NCBI GenBank assembly: GCA_040755315.1
Contig: JBFMBF010000001.1
Location: 29,109-93,108 of the forward strand
DNA from: Candidatus Hadarchaeota archaeon
GTDB lineage: Archaea > Hadarchaeota > Hadarchaeia > Hadarchaeales > Hadarchaeaceae
Direction of reading: 5' to 3'
Length of the DNA: 64,000 nt
The notes beneath the pieces are model-generated. The model had not been told where the DNA came from. It did no database searches and saw nothing but the letters and a program-made list of their open reading frames with translations. Positions 28,926 to 39,506 of this stretch are shown here, piece by piece. Position 1 is the stretch's first letter. Each line of letters starts with the position of its first letter. The position numbers were made by a program, and so were the translations under genes.

Positions 28926-29270
28926 ATGGAGGAGGTCAGACCTGTCGTGAAGCCCGCAGTCCCCAGAAGGGTCTCCGAGGTGGTCCCGGGGGAGGAAAGG
29001 GTGAAGGTGGCTGGGAATGTCGTGGACAAGCAGGAGTCAGAGTTCACCATTGACGATGGGTCGGGGAGGCTGCTCGTGGTTGCGGAGGATCCGTCGCTGG
29101 CCGTCGCTGTCGATGTCGGCGCCAAGGTCATTGTTTTTGGAGTGCCGATGGGGCTAGAGGGGTCGGCCGAGCTCCACGCCGAGATAGTGCAGAGGGTGGA
29201 CAGGCTGAACCTTGAGCTTTACGTAGGGGCATTGCAGGAGATGGAAAAGCTGAGGCAGGAGGTCGGCTGA
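28926..29270 (+). CDS. Small OB-fold protein (RPA subunit-like)
   Basis: RVKVAGNVV, FTIDDGSG, V.VFG, L.AEIVQ; directly upstream of PCNA. Confidence 0.7.
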   Translation: MEEVRPVVKPAVPRRVSEVVPGEERVKVAGNVVDKQESEFTIDDGSGRLLVVAEDPSLAVAVDVGAKVIVFGVPMGLEGSAELHAEIVQRVDRLNLELYVGALQEMEKLRQEVG

Positions 29271-30025
29271 TGGTCAGGGTGAAGATGGAGGACTCGAAGG
29301 TCTGGAAGTCATGCGTGAAGGCCATGGTCAACATAATCGAGGAGGCCTCTTTCAAGTTCACCCCCGAGAAGGTCAAGATGATGGCGATGGATCCGTCTCA
29401 TGTCGCCCTTGTGGACTTTGAGCTTCCGGCATCCGCTTTCAGCGAGTATGAGGTGGAGGAGCCGGCCACCATCGGGGTCAACCTTATGGAGATGGACAAG
29501 GTTCTCTCCAGGGCGAAGCCGGACGATGAGCTTGCAATGGAGCTGGACGACAAGCAGAGCAGGCTGAACTTCACTTTCAAGGGGGCTTCAACCAGGAAGC
29601 TGAACATGGCGCTGATAGACGTGAGGGAAGCGGAACTGAAGGAGCCGAAAATTCAGTTCACGGCCACGGCCGAGGTGCTGGCCGGAGTCCTCCAGGATGG
29701 GCTGAAGGATGCTGAGCTGGTTGGGGACAAGGTGAGGTTTGACGTGAAGGACAAGGAGCTTTCCATGGTGGCGGAGGGGGACAAGGGGACATCCGAGCTG
29801 AAGCTTGGGGACAAGGACGAGGGGCTGGTGAAGCTCAAGGCGGACAGGCCTGCCGGGGCGACGTTCGGCATAAGGTATCTGGCGGACATGGTTGGCGGTG
29901 CGGGATCAGGGGACCAAGTCAGCATAAGCTTGGGCTCCGACCTGCCGATCCAGCTGGACCTCCCGATAGCCGGGGGGAAGGGGAGACTGCGCTTCCTGCT
30001 GGCGCCGAGGATAGAGGCTGAGTGA
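29270..30025 (+). CDS. pcn: Proliferating cell nuclear antigen (sliding clamp)
   Basis: AMDPSHVALV, C-terminal FLLAPRIE. Confidence 0.96.
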   Translation: MVRVKMEDSKVWKSCVKAMVNIIEEASFKFTPEKVKMMAMDPSHVALVDFELPASAFSEYEVEEPATIGVNLMEMDKVLSRAKPDDELAMELDDKQSRLNFTFKGASTRKLNMALIDVREAELKEPKIQFTATAEVLAGVLQDGLKDAELVGDKVRFDVKDKELSMVAEGDKGTSELKLGDKDEGLVKLKADRPAGATFGIRYLADMVGGAGSGDQVSISLGSDLPIQLDLPIAGGKGRLRFLLAPRIEAE

Positions 30026-30076
30026 GTCGCTGGCATCAGGGTTAAATGGTTTTTCAGATAGATATGGAGGGAGAAG

Positions 30077-31294
30077 TTGTCGGAATCTTTGAAGCCTAAG
30101 GATAAATTGTTTGACGAGAGTTACGTGCTTGAGTACATTCAGGGACTTGAGCGGAGGCTCAGGGATCTGGAGCAGGAAAAAAGGCACATCGAGGGGGAGT
30201 ACCTTAAGGTGGACAGGTCGCTCGCCAGCCTTCGAGCCGAGTTTGACCGCCTCAAGGCCCCGCCCATGGTGGCTGCGACAGTCCTGGATCTGCTCGAGGA
30301 CGGCAGGGCTGTGGTCAGGAGCAGCACAGGCCCACACTTCGTCGTCACGGTTTCCAACTTTGTGAAGTCGGACGACATAAAGCCTGGCTGCAGGGTCGCC
30401 CTCAACCAGAGGACCCTGAGCATAATGGAAATCCTGCCATCAAAGAGGGATCCGTTTGTCCTCGGGATGGAGATAGAGGAAGCGCCCGCAGTGTCTTACG
30501 GGGACATCGGGGGGCTGGAGGAGCAGATCAGGGAGGTTAAGGAGACGGTGGAGCTTCCGCTTCTCAAGCCAGAACTCTTCAAGAACGTCGGGATAGACCC
30601 CCCGAAGGGAGTCCTCCTCTACGGGGCTTCCGGCACCGGCAAGACTCTGGTGGCCCGGGCGGTGGCCCACGAGACAAAGGCCGCCTTCATCAGGGTCATA
30701 GGCTCGGAGCTCGTCCAGAAGTACATCGGGGAGGGGGCCAGGCTGGTAAGGGAGATGTTCGACCTTGCCCGCGAAAAGGCGCCGTCCATAGTCTTCATCG
30801 ACGAGCTGGACGCCATCGGCGCGAGGAGGCTCGACAGCTCCACTAGCGGAGACCGCGAGGTCCACAGGACCCTCATGCAGCTGCTGGCCGAGATAGACGG
30901 CTTCGACCCGAGGGGGGACGTCAGGATCATAGGGGCAACCAACAGACCGGACATCCTTGACCAGGCGCTTATGCGTCCGGGCAGGTTCGACAGGCTGATT
31001 TACTTCCCGCTGCCTGACGAGAAGGCGAGGCTCACTATTTTCAAAATCCATACAAAGAGCATGAATCTGGAGAAAGGTATAGACCTCGCGGCGTTTTCCC
31101 ATTCAACAGACAAGGCGACGGGGGCTGACATAAAGGCCATCTGCACAGAGGCGGGGATGTTCGCCATCCGCGACGAGAGGGGCTGTGTTGAGCAGGGAGA
31201 CTTTGACCGGGCGATAGCGAAGGTTCTCCCGCCGAACAAGTTTGTGGAAGTGCAGGACTTCGTGCCCAAGCCTGAAAAGATGTATGGCTACTGA
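30077..31294 (+). CDS. pan: Proteasome-activating nucleotidase
   Basis: N-terminal coiled coil, [24 protein letters not shown]. Confidence 0.95.
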   Translation: MSESLKPKDKLFDESYVLEYIQGLERRLRDLEQEKRHIEGEYLKVDRSLASLRAEFDRLKAPPMVAATVLDLLEDGRAVVRSSTGPHFVVTVSNFVKSDDIKPGCRVALNQRTLSIMEILPSKRDPFVLGMEIEEAPAVSYGDIGGLEEQIREVKETVELPLLKPELFKNVGIDPPKGVLLYGASGTGKTLVARAVAHETKAAFIRVIGSELVQKYIGEGARLVREMFDLAREKAPSIVFIDELDAIGARRLDSSTSGDREVHRTLMQLLAEIDGFDPRGDVRIIGATNRPDILDQALMRPGRFDRLIYFPLPDEKARLTIFKIHTKSMNLEKGIDLAAFSHSTDKATGADIKAICTEAGMFAIRDERGCVEQGDFDRAIAKVLPPNKFVEVQDFVPKPEKMYGY

Positions 31295-32157
31295 CGCGGT
31301 TTCCCTTTAATTTTGAAGCGATTCAGGAGCAGGAGTATAGATGACCAGACTACGGCCACCCACAAGAGCAGGATAAAGATGCTCCACCCCGGAGAAGTTA
31401 AGAAAGTAAGCGACACGAAAGAGTTCAGCAATGTCTGTGTCAAAATCAAAAAGAAGTTGTGCGTGGCGTGAAATGATATCGGGCAAATCAGGTTTTGTCT
31501 TGTCTTGAAGTAGATGTAACCAAAAAAGAAACCAGCTGGCAATATCCCCAGAAATGCGTTGATCAACTGGACTTGGACGATGCTCCAAGTCGCTCCGGGC
31601 AACAGCTGCCAAACTTTAATGATGGTGACAAAAGAAAAATGAGCCATCGCGAAGAGCAGAGATGCAACAATAAGAGATTTTAAGTACCCATATCTTAATT
31701 TGAAGATCCTCTGAATGTAACCTCGGAATGCGGCTTCCTCGACCGCAGCGAGAACCAGCAGCACTTCAAAAGTGATTAGCAGGGTGGCAATCATCACAAC
31801 TGCCGGGGTTTCAGTAGCCGGAAGTGAAAGCACCGACACCAGTCCGGCCCACCTGAAAAGGCCGAACAGCGCCATCAGCGATAGTGAACTCACGGCGCCC
31901 AAAATTACTCCAAGAAGAGCCAGGCGGGGCCAACCCTTCACTCGTTTGAAACCCAAGTCCTTCAGAGTGAACCCCTGAAACCCGTTAAAAATCACTAAAC
32001 AAGCGAACATGAACGGGTAGTAAAAAAGCGTCAATACGACGGCGGTCAAAGCGGAAGGCTGTTCCAAATCAACGCCATACCAAGCCAGCAGGTGCAGAGT
32101 GGAATAATAAATCAGAAAAAGCAGGATGGGAAGCAAAACAGAAGGGCGCTTTTTCAC
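31288..32157 (-). CDS. CPBP/CAAX-type intramembrane metalloprotease
   Basis: EEAAFRG, FAMAH, H..HN motifs. Confidence 0.88.
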   Translation of the reverse strand: MKKRPSVLLPILLFLIYYSTLHLLAWYGVDLEQPSALTAVVLTLFYYPFMFACLVIFNGFQGFTLKDLGFKRVKGWPRLALLGVILGAVSSLSLMALFGLFRWAGLVSVLSLPATETPAVVMIATLLITFEVLLVLAAVEEAAFRGYIQRIFKLRYGYLKSLIVASLLFAMAHFSFVTIIKVWQLLPGATWSIVQVQLINAFLGILPAGFFFGYIYFKTRQNLICPISFHATHNFFLILTQTLLNSFVSLTFLTSPGWSIFILLLWVAVVWSSILLLLNRFKIKGKPRQ

Positions 32158-33557
32158 GCTATCAGCCGGTCGGCATTTTTTCGTTTTTTTCTTGTTTTGA
32201 GTTTTGTTAGAAGCAACTTTGTGACTGCCCTCGGGTCGGCTCTTCCCCTGGTCAACCCCATGACCTTGCCGGCAAGGAAGTTCAGCGCCTCCTTCTTACC
32301 CTCTCGGTAGTCCTTGACCGCCTTCGGGTTCTCCTTGATTGCTTTAGATACAGCCGTTGCCAGCTCCGATTTTTTCAGCGGAATCAACCCCAGCTTCGCC
32401 AGCAGCTCCTCTGGTTCAGCTGGACGCTCGGCCAGCTCCCGCAGGACCATCTCCCCCTGCTCTGGGGTCACTCTCTTGGCTTTCACAAGCTTGAGCAGGC
32501 CAGACAGCTGCAGCGGCGTGAACTTGACATCCGCCGCCCGCAGGTTCATGTAGTTAAGCACCTTCTTCAGCTTGGTTCTGAACCAGGTGGCGGCCAGCTT
32601 TGGGTCAACCTCTTTGGCCACCTCCTCGTAAAGGTCCGCAAGCTCCCGTTCGCTGGCTATGACCTCCGCCGCGGGCTTCTGGATTTTGTACTGCTCCACG
32701 AGGCGCTGCTCCCTGAGGTGCGGCGCCTCAGCCATTTTCCCCCTGACTCCATCAACCCTAACTTCGTCAAGAATCAGCGGGAAGATGTCCGGGTCGGGAA
32801 TGTAGCGGTAGTCCTCCTCCATCTCCTTTGTCCTCATCGGCACAGTTGTCATCTGGCTCTCGAGGTAGGCCCTGGTCTCGCGCGTGACGGCCTCCCCGCG
32901 CTTGAGCTTGCCCCGCTGCCTCATTATCTCAAACTTCAGGGCCTTGTAGGCGCCCTTCACGGAGTTGATGTTTTTGACCTCCACCCTTCCCCCGCCCTCG
33001 AGTGAAATGTTGACATCGGCGCGCATGGCCCCGCCCGCCTCCGGCCTTACCTTCCCCGTGTACTCAAGCACCCGCGTGAGCAGGCGCAGGAACTTCCGGG
33101 CCTCCTCGGGAGACTTCATGTCAGGCTCGGTCACGATTTCCACGAGCGGCACCCCGGACCTGTTGTAGTCCACCGTCCCGGCCACAGGGTCGTACTGCCC
33201 GGGGTCCTCCTCCATGTGGACCTCCCTTATTCTCACGCCCTCGAGCGCCCCTTCCTTGGCGATGGGCAGGCTGGTGCGCTGGTAGCCGGAAGGCAGGTCG
33301 GGATAGTCGTAGTGCTTTCTCTGGACAAATATTGTTTTGCCAGTGATTATCCGGCACCCAAGCATTAATGCAATTTCAATTGCCGCATCGACCGACCGTT
33401 CATTAGGCGGCAATGGCTTGGCTCCTGGCATCCCCGTGCAGATGTGGCAGACGTTCGTGTTTGGCGGGACATCCTGGTAGTTGGTGGGGCAGTTGCAGTA
33501 CATCTTTTGCCCGGTCGTCAGCTGCTGGTGGACCTCCAGCCCGATTTTTATCTTCAT
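32154..33557 (-). CDS. gatB: Asp/Glu-tRNA amidotransferase subunit B
   Basis: IGLEVHQQL, YPDLP.GYQ, HMEED, DYNRSGVPLVEIVTEPD, RVEVKN. Confidence 0.97.
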   Translation of the reverse strand: MKIKIGLEVHQQLTTGQKMYCNCPTNYQDVPPNTNVCHICTGMPGAKPLPPNERSVDAAIEIALMLGCRIITGKTIFVQRKHYDYPDLPSGYQRTSLPIAKEGALEGVRIREVHMEEDPGQYDPVAGTVDYNRSGVPLVEIVTEPDMKSPEEARKFLRLLTRVLEYTGKVRPEAGGAMRADVNISLEGGGRVEVKNINSVKGAYKALKFEIMRQRGKLKRGEAVTRETRAYLESQMTTVPMRTKEMEEDYRYIPDPDIFPLILDEVRVDGVRGKMAEAPHLREQRLVEQYKIQKPAAEVIASERELADLYEEVAKEVDPKLAATWFRTKLKKVLNYMNLRAADVKFTPLQLSGLLKLVKAKRVTPEQGEMVLRELAERPAEPEELLAKLGLIPLKKSELATAVSKAIKENPKAVKDYREGKKEALNFLAGKVMGLTRGRADPRAVTKLLLTKLKTRKKRKNADRLIA

Positions 33558-34921
33558 GATGCAGCCTCCAGCGCCTTCATCACGCGGAACACCTCAGACT
33601 CCCCGAGAACCTTTCCTTGAACTTGCAGACCCACTGGGATTCCACCAACATCCCCCGCCTTGACCACACCTCCGCATATTCCAGCGAGGTTGGTTGGGAT
33701 GGTAAGGTAATCATATCCGTACATGTCTATTGGGGTGAGCTTCGTCCCGAACTTGTGAGGAAGCTTCGGTACCGTCGGCCCGACAATGACGTCCACCTTC
33801 CCCAATGCCGCCATCAGTTCCTGCTGGATTAATGTCCTGACCTGGAGAGCCCGCTGGTAGAACTTCCCGCGGTATTCCTTCTGGCTGATGTAGCGCCCGC
33901 GCAGGATTCTCCTCAGAACCTCCTCTCCACAGACCTCCTCTATCTTCTTCCCGTACTTCCTCCCGTCAAACTTCCTGGTCCCCGAGAAGAACTCCACAGA
34001 GACTATCAAGTAATATGCTGGGAGGCCGTGCTCGAGGTTGGGCAGCTCAACATCCACAATTTCCGCGCCAAGGTCCCGCAGCTTTTCAACAGCCTTATCG
34101 ATGACTCCCATGACCGCCGGCTCCGTGAGTTCGGTGAACTTGCGGCTCACGCCAACCCTCATCCCCTTGACCCCGCCGTCGAGCTGGCCCATGTAGCTTA
34201 CTTTGTCAACGTCCAGCATCACGCACTCGTTTGAGGTCTTGCCAGCAATCGTTTCGAGAAGCAGAGCCGCGCCAGCGACGTCGGGAGCCATCGGCCCTAT
34301 CTGGTCCAAGCTCATCCCCAGGTCGATCAGCCCCTGCCTTGGGACAAGCCCGTACGTCGGCTTCACCCCGACTATCCCGCAGTGGCTCGCTGGGTTCCTG
34401 ATGGAGCCACCGGTGTCTGTCCCGATGCACAGGTCGGCCAGCCCCCCAGCCACCGCCGCCCCCCCGCCGCTGCTGGAGCCGCCGGGGATGTGGCCTGGGG
34501 CGGCAGGGTTGTCTGTCGGGCCGAAGGCGCTCGTCTCCCCGCTTGAGCCGCACGCAAACTCGTCCATGTTGTTCATCCCGATGACAATTCCACCCTCAGC
34601 TCGTACACGCTTCACAACTTCTGCGTCGTATATCGAGACGTAATTTTCAAGGGTGTGGGAAGCGCAGGTGGCCCGGAGGCCCGTGACGTTGATGTTTGAC
34701 TTGATTCCAATCGCAAGGCCGGCAAGCCTCCCGACTTTCTCGCCGCTTTTGAGCTTCCTGTCAATCGTTTCGGCTTCTGCTGGGGCATTCTGGTTCAGCT
34801 CAATGAAGGCGTTTATCTCCTTGTTCAGCTTTTCAATCCTTTCGAGCGTCTGCCACATGTTTTCCACGGCCGAGAGCTCCCCACGCCTTATTCTCTCGAG
34901 CTTCTCTAGCGTCCCGCCCAT
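33554..34921 (-). CDS. gatA: Asp/Glu-tRNA amidotransferase subunit A
   Basis: NMDEFACGSS, PGGSSSG, GTDTGGSIRNPAS amidase signature. Confidence 0.97.
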   Translation of the reverse strand: MGGTLEKLERIRRGELSAVENMWQTLERIEKLNKEINAFIELNQNAPAEAETIDRKLKSGEKVGRLAGLAIGIKSNINVTGLRATCASHTLENYVSIYDAEVVKRVRAEGGIVIGMNNMDEFACGSSGETSAFGPTDNPAAPGHIPGGSSSGGGAAVAGGLADLCIGTDTGGSIRNPASHCGIVGVKPTYGLVPRQGLIDLGMSLDQIGPMAPDVAGAALLLETIAGKTSNECVMLDVDKVSYMGQLDGGVKGMRVGVSRKFTELTEPAVMGVIDKAVEKLRDLGAEIVDVELPNLEHGLPAYYLIVSVEFFSGTRKFDGRKYGKKIEEVCGEEVLRRILRGRYISQKEYRGKFYQRALQVRTLIQQELMAALGKVDVIVGPTVPKLPHKFGTKLTPIDMYGYDYLTIPTNLAGICGGVVKAGDVGGIPVGLQVQGKVLGESEVFRVMKALEAAS

Positions 34922-35160
34922 TTTGCTACCTCCACCTTCAGGTTGCCGGCCTCGTCGGAGCCGGGCATCACTGAAATGAACCTCTTCCTGAACCTCGCCA
35001 GCTCGTCGGGCGGCGTGGGCGTCCCATCTGGCCTGACGATGTTGTGCTCCTCTTGGCTGTAGTACATCTCCTTGGTTTCGGGAAGACTCTTGGCAGCCTC
35101 GACAAACGACTCTACAATCTCCTCCGCGCTTTTTTCAATCTCCTTCAATTTTTCGGCCAT
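34906..35160 (-). CDS. gatC: Amidotransferase subunit C (archaeal type)
   Basis: 84 aa directly upstream of and overlapping gatA; LP...E.YY.....NIVR.D. Confidence 0.75.
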   Translation of the reverse strand: MAEKLKEIEKSAEEIVESFVEAAKSLPETKEMYYSQEEHNIVRPDGTPTPPDELARFRKRFISVMPGSDEAGNLKVEVAKWAGR

Positions 35161-35233
35161 TTTAACCCCACTTGATATGTTTGTGCCATATGAAAAACTT
35201 TAGTTATGGGGCGCTATTGTATTATTGAGTTGG

Positions 35234-36262
35234 ATGAAAAAGGTCGCAAAGTTCTGGAAGGAAATGCCCGGCGGAAAGGTCGGCTGCTCCCTCTGCCCGT
35301 GGAGGTGCACGATAGCAGACGGGAAGGTTGGTGTCTGCAGGGCCAGGAAAAACGAGGGCGGGAAGCTTTACTCCCTTGTTTATGGTTCTCTTGTCTCGAT
35401 GGCAGTTGACCCGATCGAGAAGAAGCCGTTCTACCACTTTTACCCGGGCAGCACTTCATTCTCTATCTCTGCGCCGGGATGCAACTTCTCATGCGGGCAC
35501 TGCCAGAACTGGTCTATTTCCCAGGCCAGCGTGGAGAGCGTGCCGTTTGAAGATGTCCCGCCGGAGAAGGTGATCGAGCTGGCCAAGCGCTACGGGTGCA
35601 AAGGGATTTCCCACACGTACACGGAGCCGACAATATGGTCCGAGTACGCGATTGACGTGGGGAAGCTTGCCCACCGCTCGGGGCTTTACAACTCATTTGT
35701 GACAAACGGCTACATCACTATTGAAGCATTGGAGGAGCTCGGCCCATACCTTGACGCCTCGAATGTCGATGTCAAAGCTTTCACGGACCGCTTCTATAAA
35801 GAGGTCTGCCATGTGGCCGGCATCCGCCCGGTCCTAGCGACATGCGAGTGGCTGGTCGAGAACGACAAGCATCTAGAGGTGACATATCTAGTGATTCCGG
35901 GTGAGAACGACTCCAGTGAGGAGATCTACAAGTTCTGCAAGTGGGCGGCGGAGAAGCTTGGTCCCAATGTTCCCATCCATTTCAGCCGCTTCTACCCCCA
36001 CTACAGGATGGCCGACCGCGAGCCCACGCCGGTCAGGACACTCGAGGGCGCCCTTGACATAGCGAAGAAGGCGGGGCTGCTCTATGTTTACATAGGGAAC
36101 GTCCCCGGGCACGAGTTTGACAACACATACTGCCCGAAGTGCGGGGAGATGCTTGTAGAAAGGCAGGGTTTCGACATCCTTCAGTACAAGTTGAAAGACC
36201 ACAAGTGTCACAAGTGCGGGGCGGAGATAAACATCCGCGGGGAATACAGCCCAGTCAGGTAA
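35234..36262 (+). CDS. amrS: AmmeMemoRadiSam system radical SAM enzyme
   Basis: CSLCP..C, DPIEKKPFYHFYPG, GCNFSCGHCQNW, TYTEP, HFSRFYP. Confidence 0.92.
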   Translation: MKKVAKFWKEMPGGKVGCSLCPWRCTIADGKVGVCRARKNEGGKLYSLVYGSLVSMAVDPIEKKPFYHFYPGSTSFSISAPGCNFSCGHCQNWSISQASVESVPFEDVPPEKVIELAKRYGCKGISHTYTEPTIWSEYAIDVGKLAHRSGLYNSFVTNGYITIEALEELGPYLDASNVDVKAFTDRFYKEVCHVAGIRPVLATCEWLVENDKHLEVTYLVIPGENDSSEEIYKFCKWAAEKLGPNVPIHFSRFYPHYRMADREPTPVRTLEGALDIAKKAGLLYVYIGNVPGHEFDNTYCPKCGEMLVERQGFDILQYKLKDHKCHKCGAEINIRGEYSPVR

Positions 36263-37601
36263 TGCTGTTTATGGCCTTTTCCAGTTCTTCCATGCCTATT
36301 TTCACAAGCTGCCCGGCTCGCTCCTCTGTCTTTGCCTCGGCGAAGCACCTGAACAAGGGCTCAGTGCCCGAGGGCCTCAGCAGCAGCCAGCCGTCGTCGA
36401 AGTCCACCCTCAAGCCGTCTATCCTGTTAAGCTTGTACTTTGAGAACCTCTCGGACAGGACTTCCAGGACCTTTTGCTTTAGCTCGTTTGGGCACTTGGC
36501 TCTCTGCTTCACCTGGTAGTAGTTTGGCAGGGTGGAGTTTAGCTCCGAGACGGTGCCTCCGCTCTCGTCGACAGCAGCCATGAACTGGATTGCAGTCATT
36601 ATTCCCTCCCGGCAGTAGGTCCAGTCGAAGAACAGCACCCCTCCGTTCTCCTCGCCGCCGAGGTCGCCGCCGTGTTTCTTGAACTCTCCGACTATCTCCG
36701 GCTCCCCCACGCGGGTCCTTGTCACGGTGCCGCCGAGCCTCGCGGCCATGTCGTCTATCACGGAGCTGGTCGCGACTGTTGTTATTATCCTTGGAGATTT
36801 TCTCCCCATGAGGTGGTGCATGGCAGCAAACGCGAACACCCTGTCCCCGCTCAGTATTTTTCCTGTCTCGTCCACCACCAAAGTCCTGTCTGCGTCGCCA
36901 TCGTGGGCAATCCCGGCATCAGCCTTGCAGGCGACCACTGTCTTGGCAAGCTCTCCCAGGTTTTCGGGCACGGGCTCCAGCTTTCGGCCGGGGAAGGTGC
37001 CGTCCAGCTGGGAGTTCATGGAGATCACCTGGCAGCCGAGTTCCCTGAGCAGTTGTGGCGTGACCAAAGTCCCGACCGCGTTGGCGCAGTCCACCACCAC
37101 CCTGAGCTTCCGCTTGAACTTGGGCACTTTCTTCAGGGTTGATTGTATGTAAGGGGCGATGGCGTCAGCAACAGCAGTTTTTCCTATCTCCTGCCACCCG
37201 ACGGTCTTCCCAACCTCCAGCGCACGTTCTATTTCCTTCTCGCGCTCCCGCTCGAAGCCGGCTCCGTCTGACCCCCAAAACTTCATCCCGTTGTACTCCG
37301 CAGGGTTGTGGGAGGCGGTGATGATCACTCCGGCATCGCATGAGAAGTGGGGGATGGCGAACGATAGGACAGGCGTCGGGGTCAGGCCGAGCCTCAGAAC
37401 ATCGCACCCGCCCGCGAGGAGCCCAGCCGTGACGGCGTTTTCGATCATGACGCTTGATGTCCGGTTGTCGTGCCCCACGGCGACCTTTTTTTTCCCGCCC
37501 AGGTGGTTGGCCAGAGCCAGCGCCAGCTTGAAAGCCATCTCAGGAGTCAGCTCCTTGTTGGCCAGCCCGCGGACGCCGAATGTTCCGAAAAGCTTTGCCA
37601 A
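36255..37601 (-). CDS. glmM: Phosphoglucosamine mutase / phosphomannomutase family
   Basis: LFGTFGVRG, ITASHNP, DGDADR, GGEENG, RPSGTEP; TTG start at 37601 after GGTGA. Confidence 0.88.
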   Translation of the reverse strand: MAKLFGTFGVRGLANKELTPEMAFKLALALANHLGGKKKVAVGHDNRTSSVMIENAVTAGLLAGGCDVLRLGLTPTPVLSFAIPHFSCDAGVIITASHNPAEYNGMKFWGSDGAGFEREREKEIERALEVGKTVGWQEIGKTAVADAIAPYIQSTLKKVPKFKRKLRVVVDCANAVGTLVTPQLLRELGCQVISMNSQLDGTFPGRKLEPVPENLGELAKTVVACKADAGIAHDGDADRTLVVDETGKILSGDRVFAFAAMHHLMGRKSPRIITTVATSSVIDDMAARLGGTVTRTRVGEPEIVGEFKKHGGDLGGEENGGVLFFDWTYCREGIMTAIQFMAAVDESGGTVSELNSTLPNYYQVKQRAKCPNELKQKVLEVLSERFSKYKLNRIDGLRVDFDDGWLLLRPSGTEPLFRCFAEAKTEERAGQLVKIGMEELEKAINSIT

Positions 37602-37699
37602 GATCACCAAGAGTAATAATCTGTCAGCTATTAAATCGTGCCTGTTTTTTTGCAAAGTTAGCTTTATTTCGGCGTCGAGAATTCTAAGTAAGGGGTATA

Positions 37700-38410
37700 A
37701 TGGCGAGCAAAAGTAAGATACGCGAGATTTACGAGGCGGATATTTACACACATCCAAAATTTTCTGAGGGAGTGCGGCTCAAAAAGCGAAAGGCCAAGGA
37801 GTCGAGAAACAGAAAAGCACTGGCCCAGATCAATGAACACGTTAAACTCAGAAGCGATTACAGAGTTTTGGATATCGGCTGTGGTCGTGGAGATTTTTTG
37901 TCACTTTTACCGGTCAAGAACAAGTATGGTGTAGAAATCAACCCAAAGGAGGTAAAAAGAGCAAGAGCAATAGGAATAGATGCGCGGGCGTTGGACGTAG
38001 AAAATGATCGGTTGCCGTACCCAGACAATTACATGGATTTGATTTTGTGCATGGAAGTGTTGGAGCATTTGTTTAACCCATCTTTGCTAATGTCCGAAAT
38101 GAAAAGGGTGTTAAAAAAAGGCGGTCACATTTACGCCACGGTTCCAAACGATCTTTACTGGCTGGGGAGCAGGATGAGAGTGTTTTTTGGGAAGCCGTTC
38201 ATAAAGTATGCTAAGGGTGCTTTACATCTCCACATAAAATTTTTTAACAAAGAAGTGTTGTCCAATCTTTTTGAAGAGGCAGGATTCAAAATAGTTTATG
38301 CCGGAGGGTTCCACTCAAAATCATTTCCCGCTTCTTTGGAAAAGTTCTTTGCCGCCCGTTTTACAAACTTGTTTGTTTCCACATACTCCATCGTTGCCAA
38401 AAAACCATGA
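37700..38410 (+). CDS. Class I SAM-dependent methyltransferase
   Basis: VLDIGCGRG, EVLEHL, TVPN. Confidence 0.88.
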   Translation: MASKSKIREIYEADIYTHPKFSEGVRLKKRKAKESRNRKALAQINEHVKLRSDYRVLDIGCGRGDFLSLLPVKNKYGVEINPKEVKRARAIGIDARALDVENDRLPYPDNYMDLILCMEVLEHLFNPSLLMSEMKRVLKKGGHIYATVPNDLYWLGSRMRVFFGKPFIKYAKGALHLHIKFFNKEVLSNLFEEAGFKIVYAGGFHSKSFPASLEKFFAARFTNLFVSTYSIVAKKP

Positions 38411-38474
38411 CAATTTTTTCAATTGTTTGACCCGGATTAAGTGAGTATTAAATCTGATACAGGCAGTTTATCGT

Positions 38475-38552
38475 GGGCCCGTGGCCTAGTATGGATAAGG
38501 CGGCAGCCTTCTAAGCTGCAAATCGTGGGTTCAAATCCCACCGGGCCCGCCA
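38475..38552 (+). tRNA. tRNA-Arg(TCT), CCA encoded
   Basis: Acceptor GGGCCCG/CGGGCCC, anticodon arm GCAGC-CTTCTAA-GCTGC, T arm GTGGG-TTCAAAT-CCCAC. Confidence 0.96.
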
Positions 38553-38621
38553 TTAAAAATCTTGCACGTTTTTCCGGCTTACCTGCTATTTTAAAATACA
38601 GCGGATATTGTAGGGGGACGA

Positions 38622-39506
38622 ATGGCCAGAATAAGCATAATTGGCAGCGGCGTCGTCGGGACGATAGTCGGCAAGGGATTCAGGAGCTTGGGCAACGACG
38701 TGGTTTTTTACGACATCAGCGAGAAAAAAGCGAGGCAGCTGAGGAACCAGGGTCTTGACGCCACAACCGACATCGCCTTGGCGGCCAGGAAGACGGACGT
38801 TTCTTTCATATCGGTGCCGACTCCTTCAAAGGCCGGCAAAATAAACCTGGACTGCATAAAGTCCGCGGTGGAGAGCCTCGGCAGGTGCATCGGCGAGAAG
38901 AAAAGGTATCACCTGGTGGTAGTCAAAAGCACGGTGGTTCCGACCACGACGGAAAAGGTCGTCATCCCGCTGCTCCAGAAAAGCTCTGGCAAAAGGGTCG
39001 GGAGAGAAATGGGCGTCTGCATGAACCCCGAGTTCCTGACGGAAATCCAGAAGTCATGGACAAAAGAAAAGGATTTCACGCGGGACTTCTTCAGCGAGGA
39101 GAGAATCGTCATCGGAAGTTTCGACAAGAAGTCCGGCGACGCGCTTCAGAAGCTTTACAGGCCCCTCAAGGCCCCGGTCTTCCGGACAAACCTCAGCACG
39201 GCCGAGACCGTCAAGTACGCGAGCAACTGCGCCTTGGCGTCCAGAATTTCCTACTGGAACGAGATTTTCTTCATATGCCAGAAAATAGGCGTCGACTCTA
39301 ATTTCGTGGCCCAGGTCGTGGGCATGGACAGCAGGATAGGGAGGTATGGAACTATCCACGGGAAGGCATTCGGAGGCAAGTGTCTGCCCAAAGACCTCGA
39401 TGCATTCATAGCTTTTTCCAGAAGCGTTAGCCACGAGCCGAAGCTCCTCAAGGCCGTCGCCGACATAAACAAAAGGATCGGAAAGGAGCGCGGGGTGAGA
39501 GAGTGA
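38622..39506 (+). CDS. UDP-glucose/GDP-mannose dehydrogenase family (no C-terminal domain)
   Basis: GSGVVG, VPTP, KSTV, NPEFL, FGGKCLPKD; 294 aa. Confidence 0.88.
   Translation: MARISIIGSGVVGTIVGKGFRSLGNDVVFYDISEKKARQLRNQGLDATTDIALAARKTDVSFISVPTPSKAGKINLDCIKSAVESLGRCIGEKKRYHLVVVKSTVVPTTTEKVVIPLLQKSSGKRVGREMGVCMNPEFLTEIQKSWTKEKDFTRDFFSEERIVIGSFDKKSGDALQKLYRPLKAPVFRTNLSTAETVKYASNCALASRISYWNEIFFICQKIGVDSNFVAQVVGMDSRIGRYGTIHGKAFGGKCLPKDLDAFIAFSRSVSHEPKLLKAVADINKRIGKERGVRE

Noticed and set aside
38441..38758. 105-aa ORF
   Set aside because: Overlaps tRNA-Arg and the dehydrogenase in another frame.
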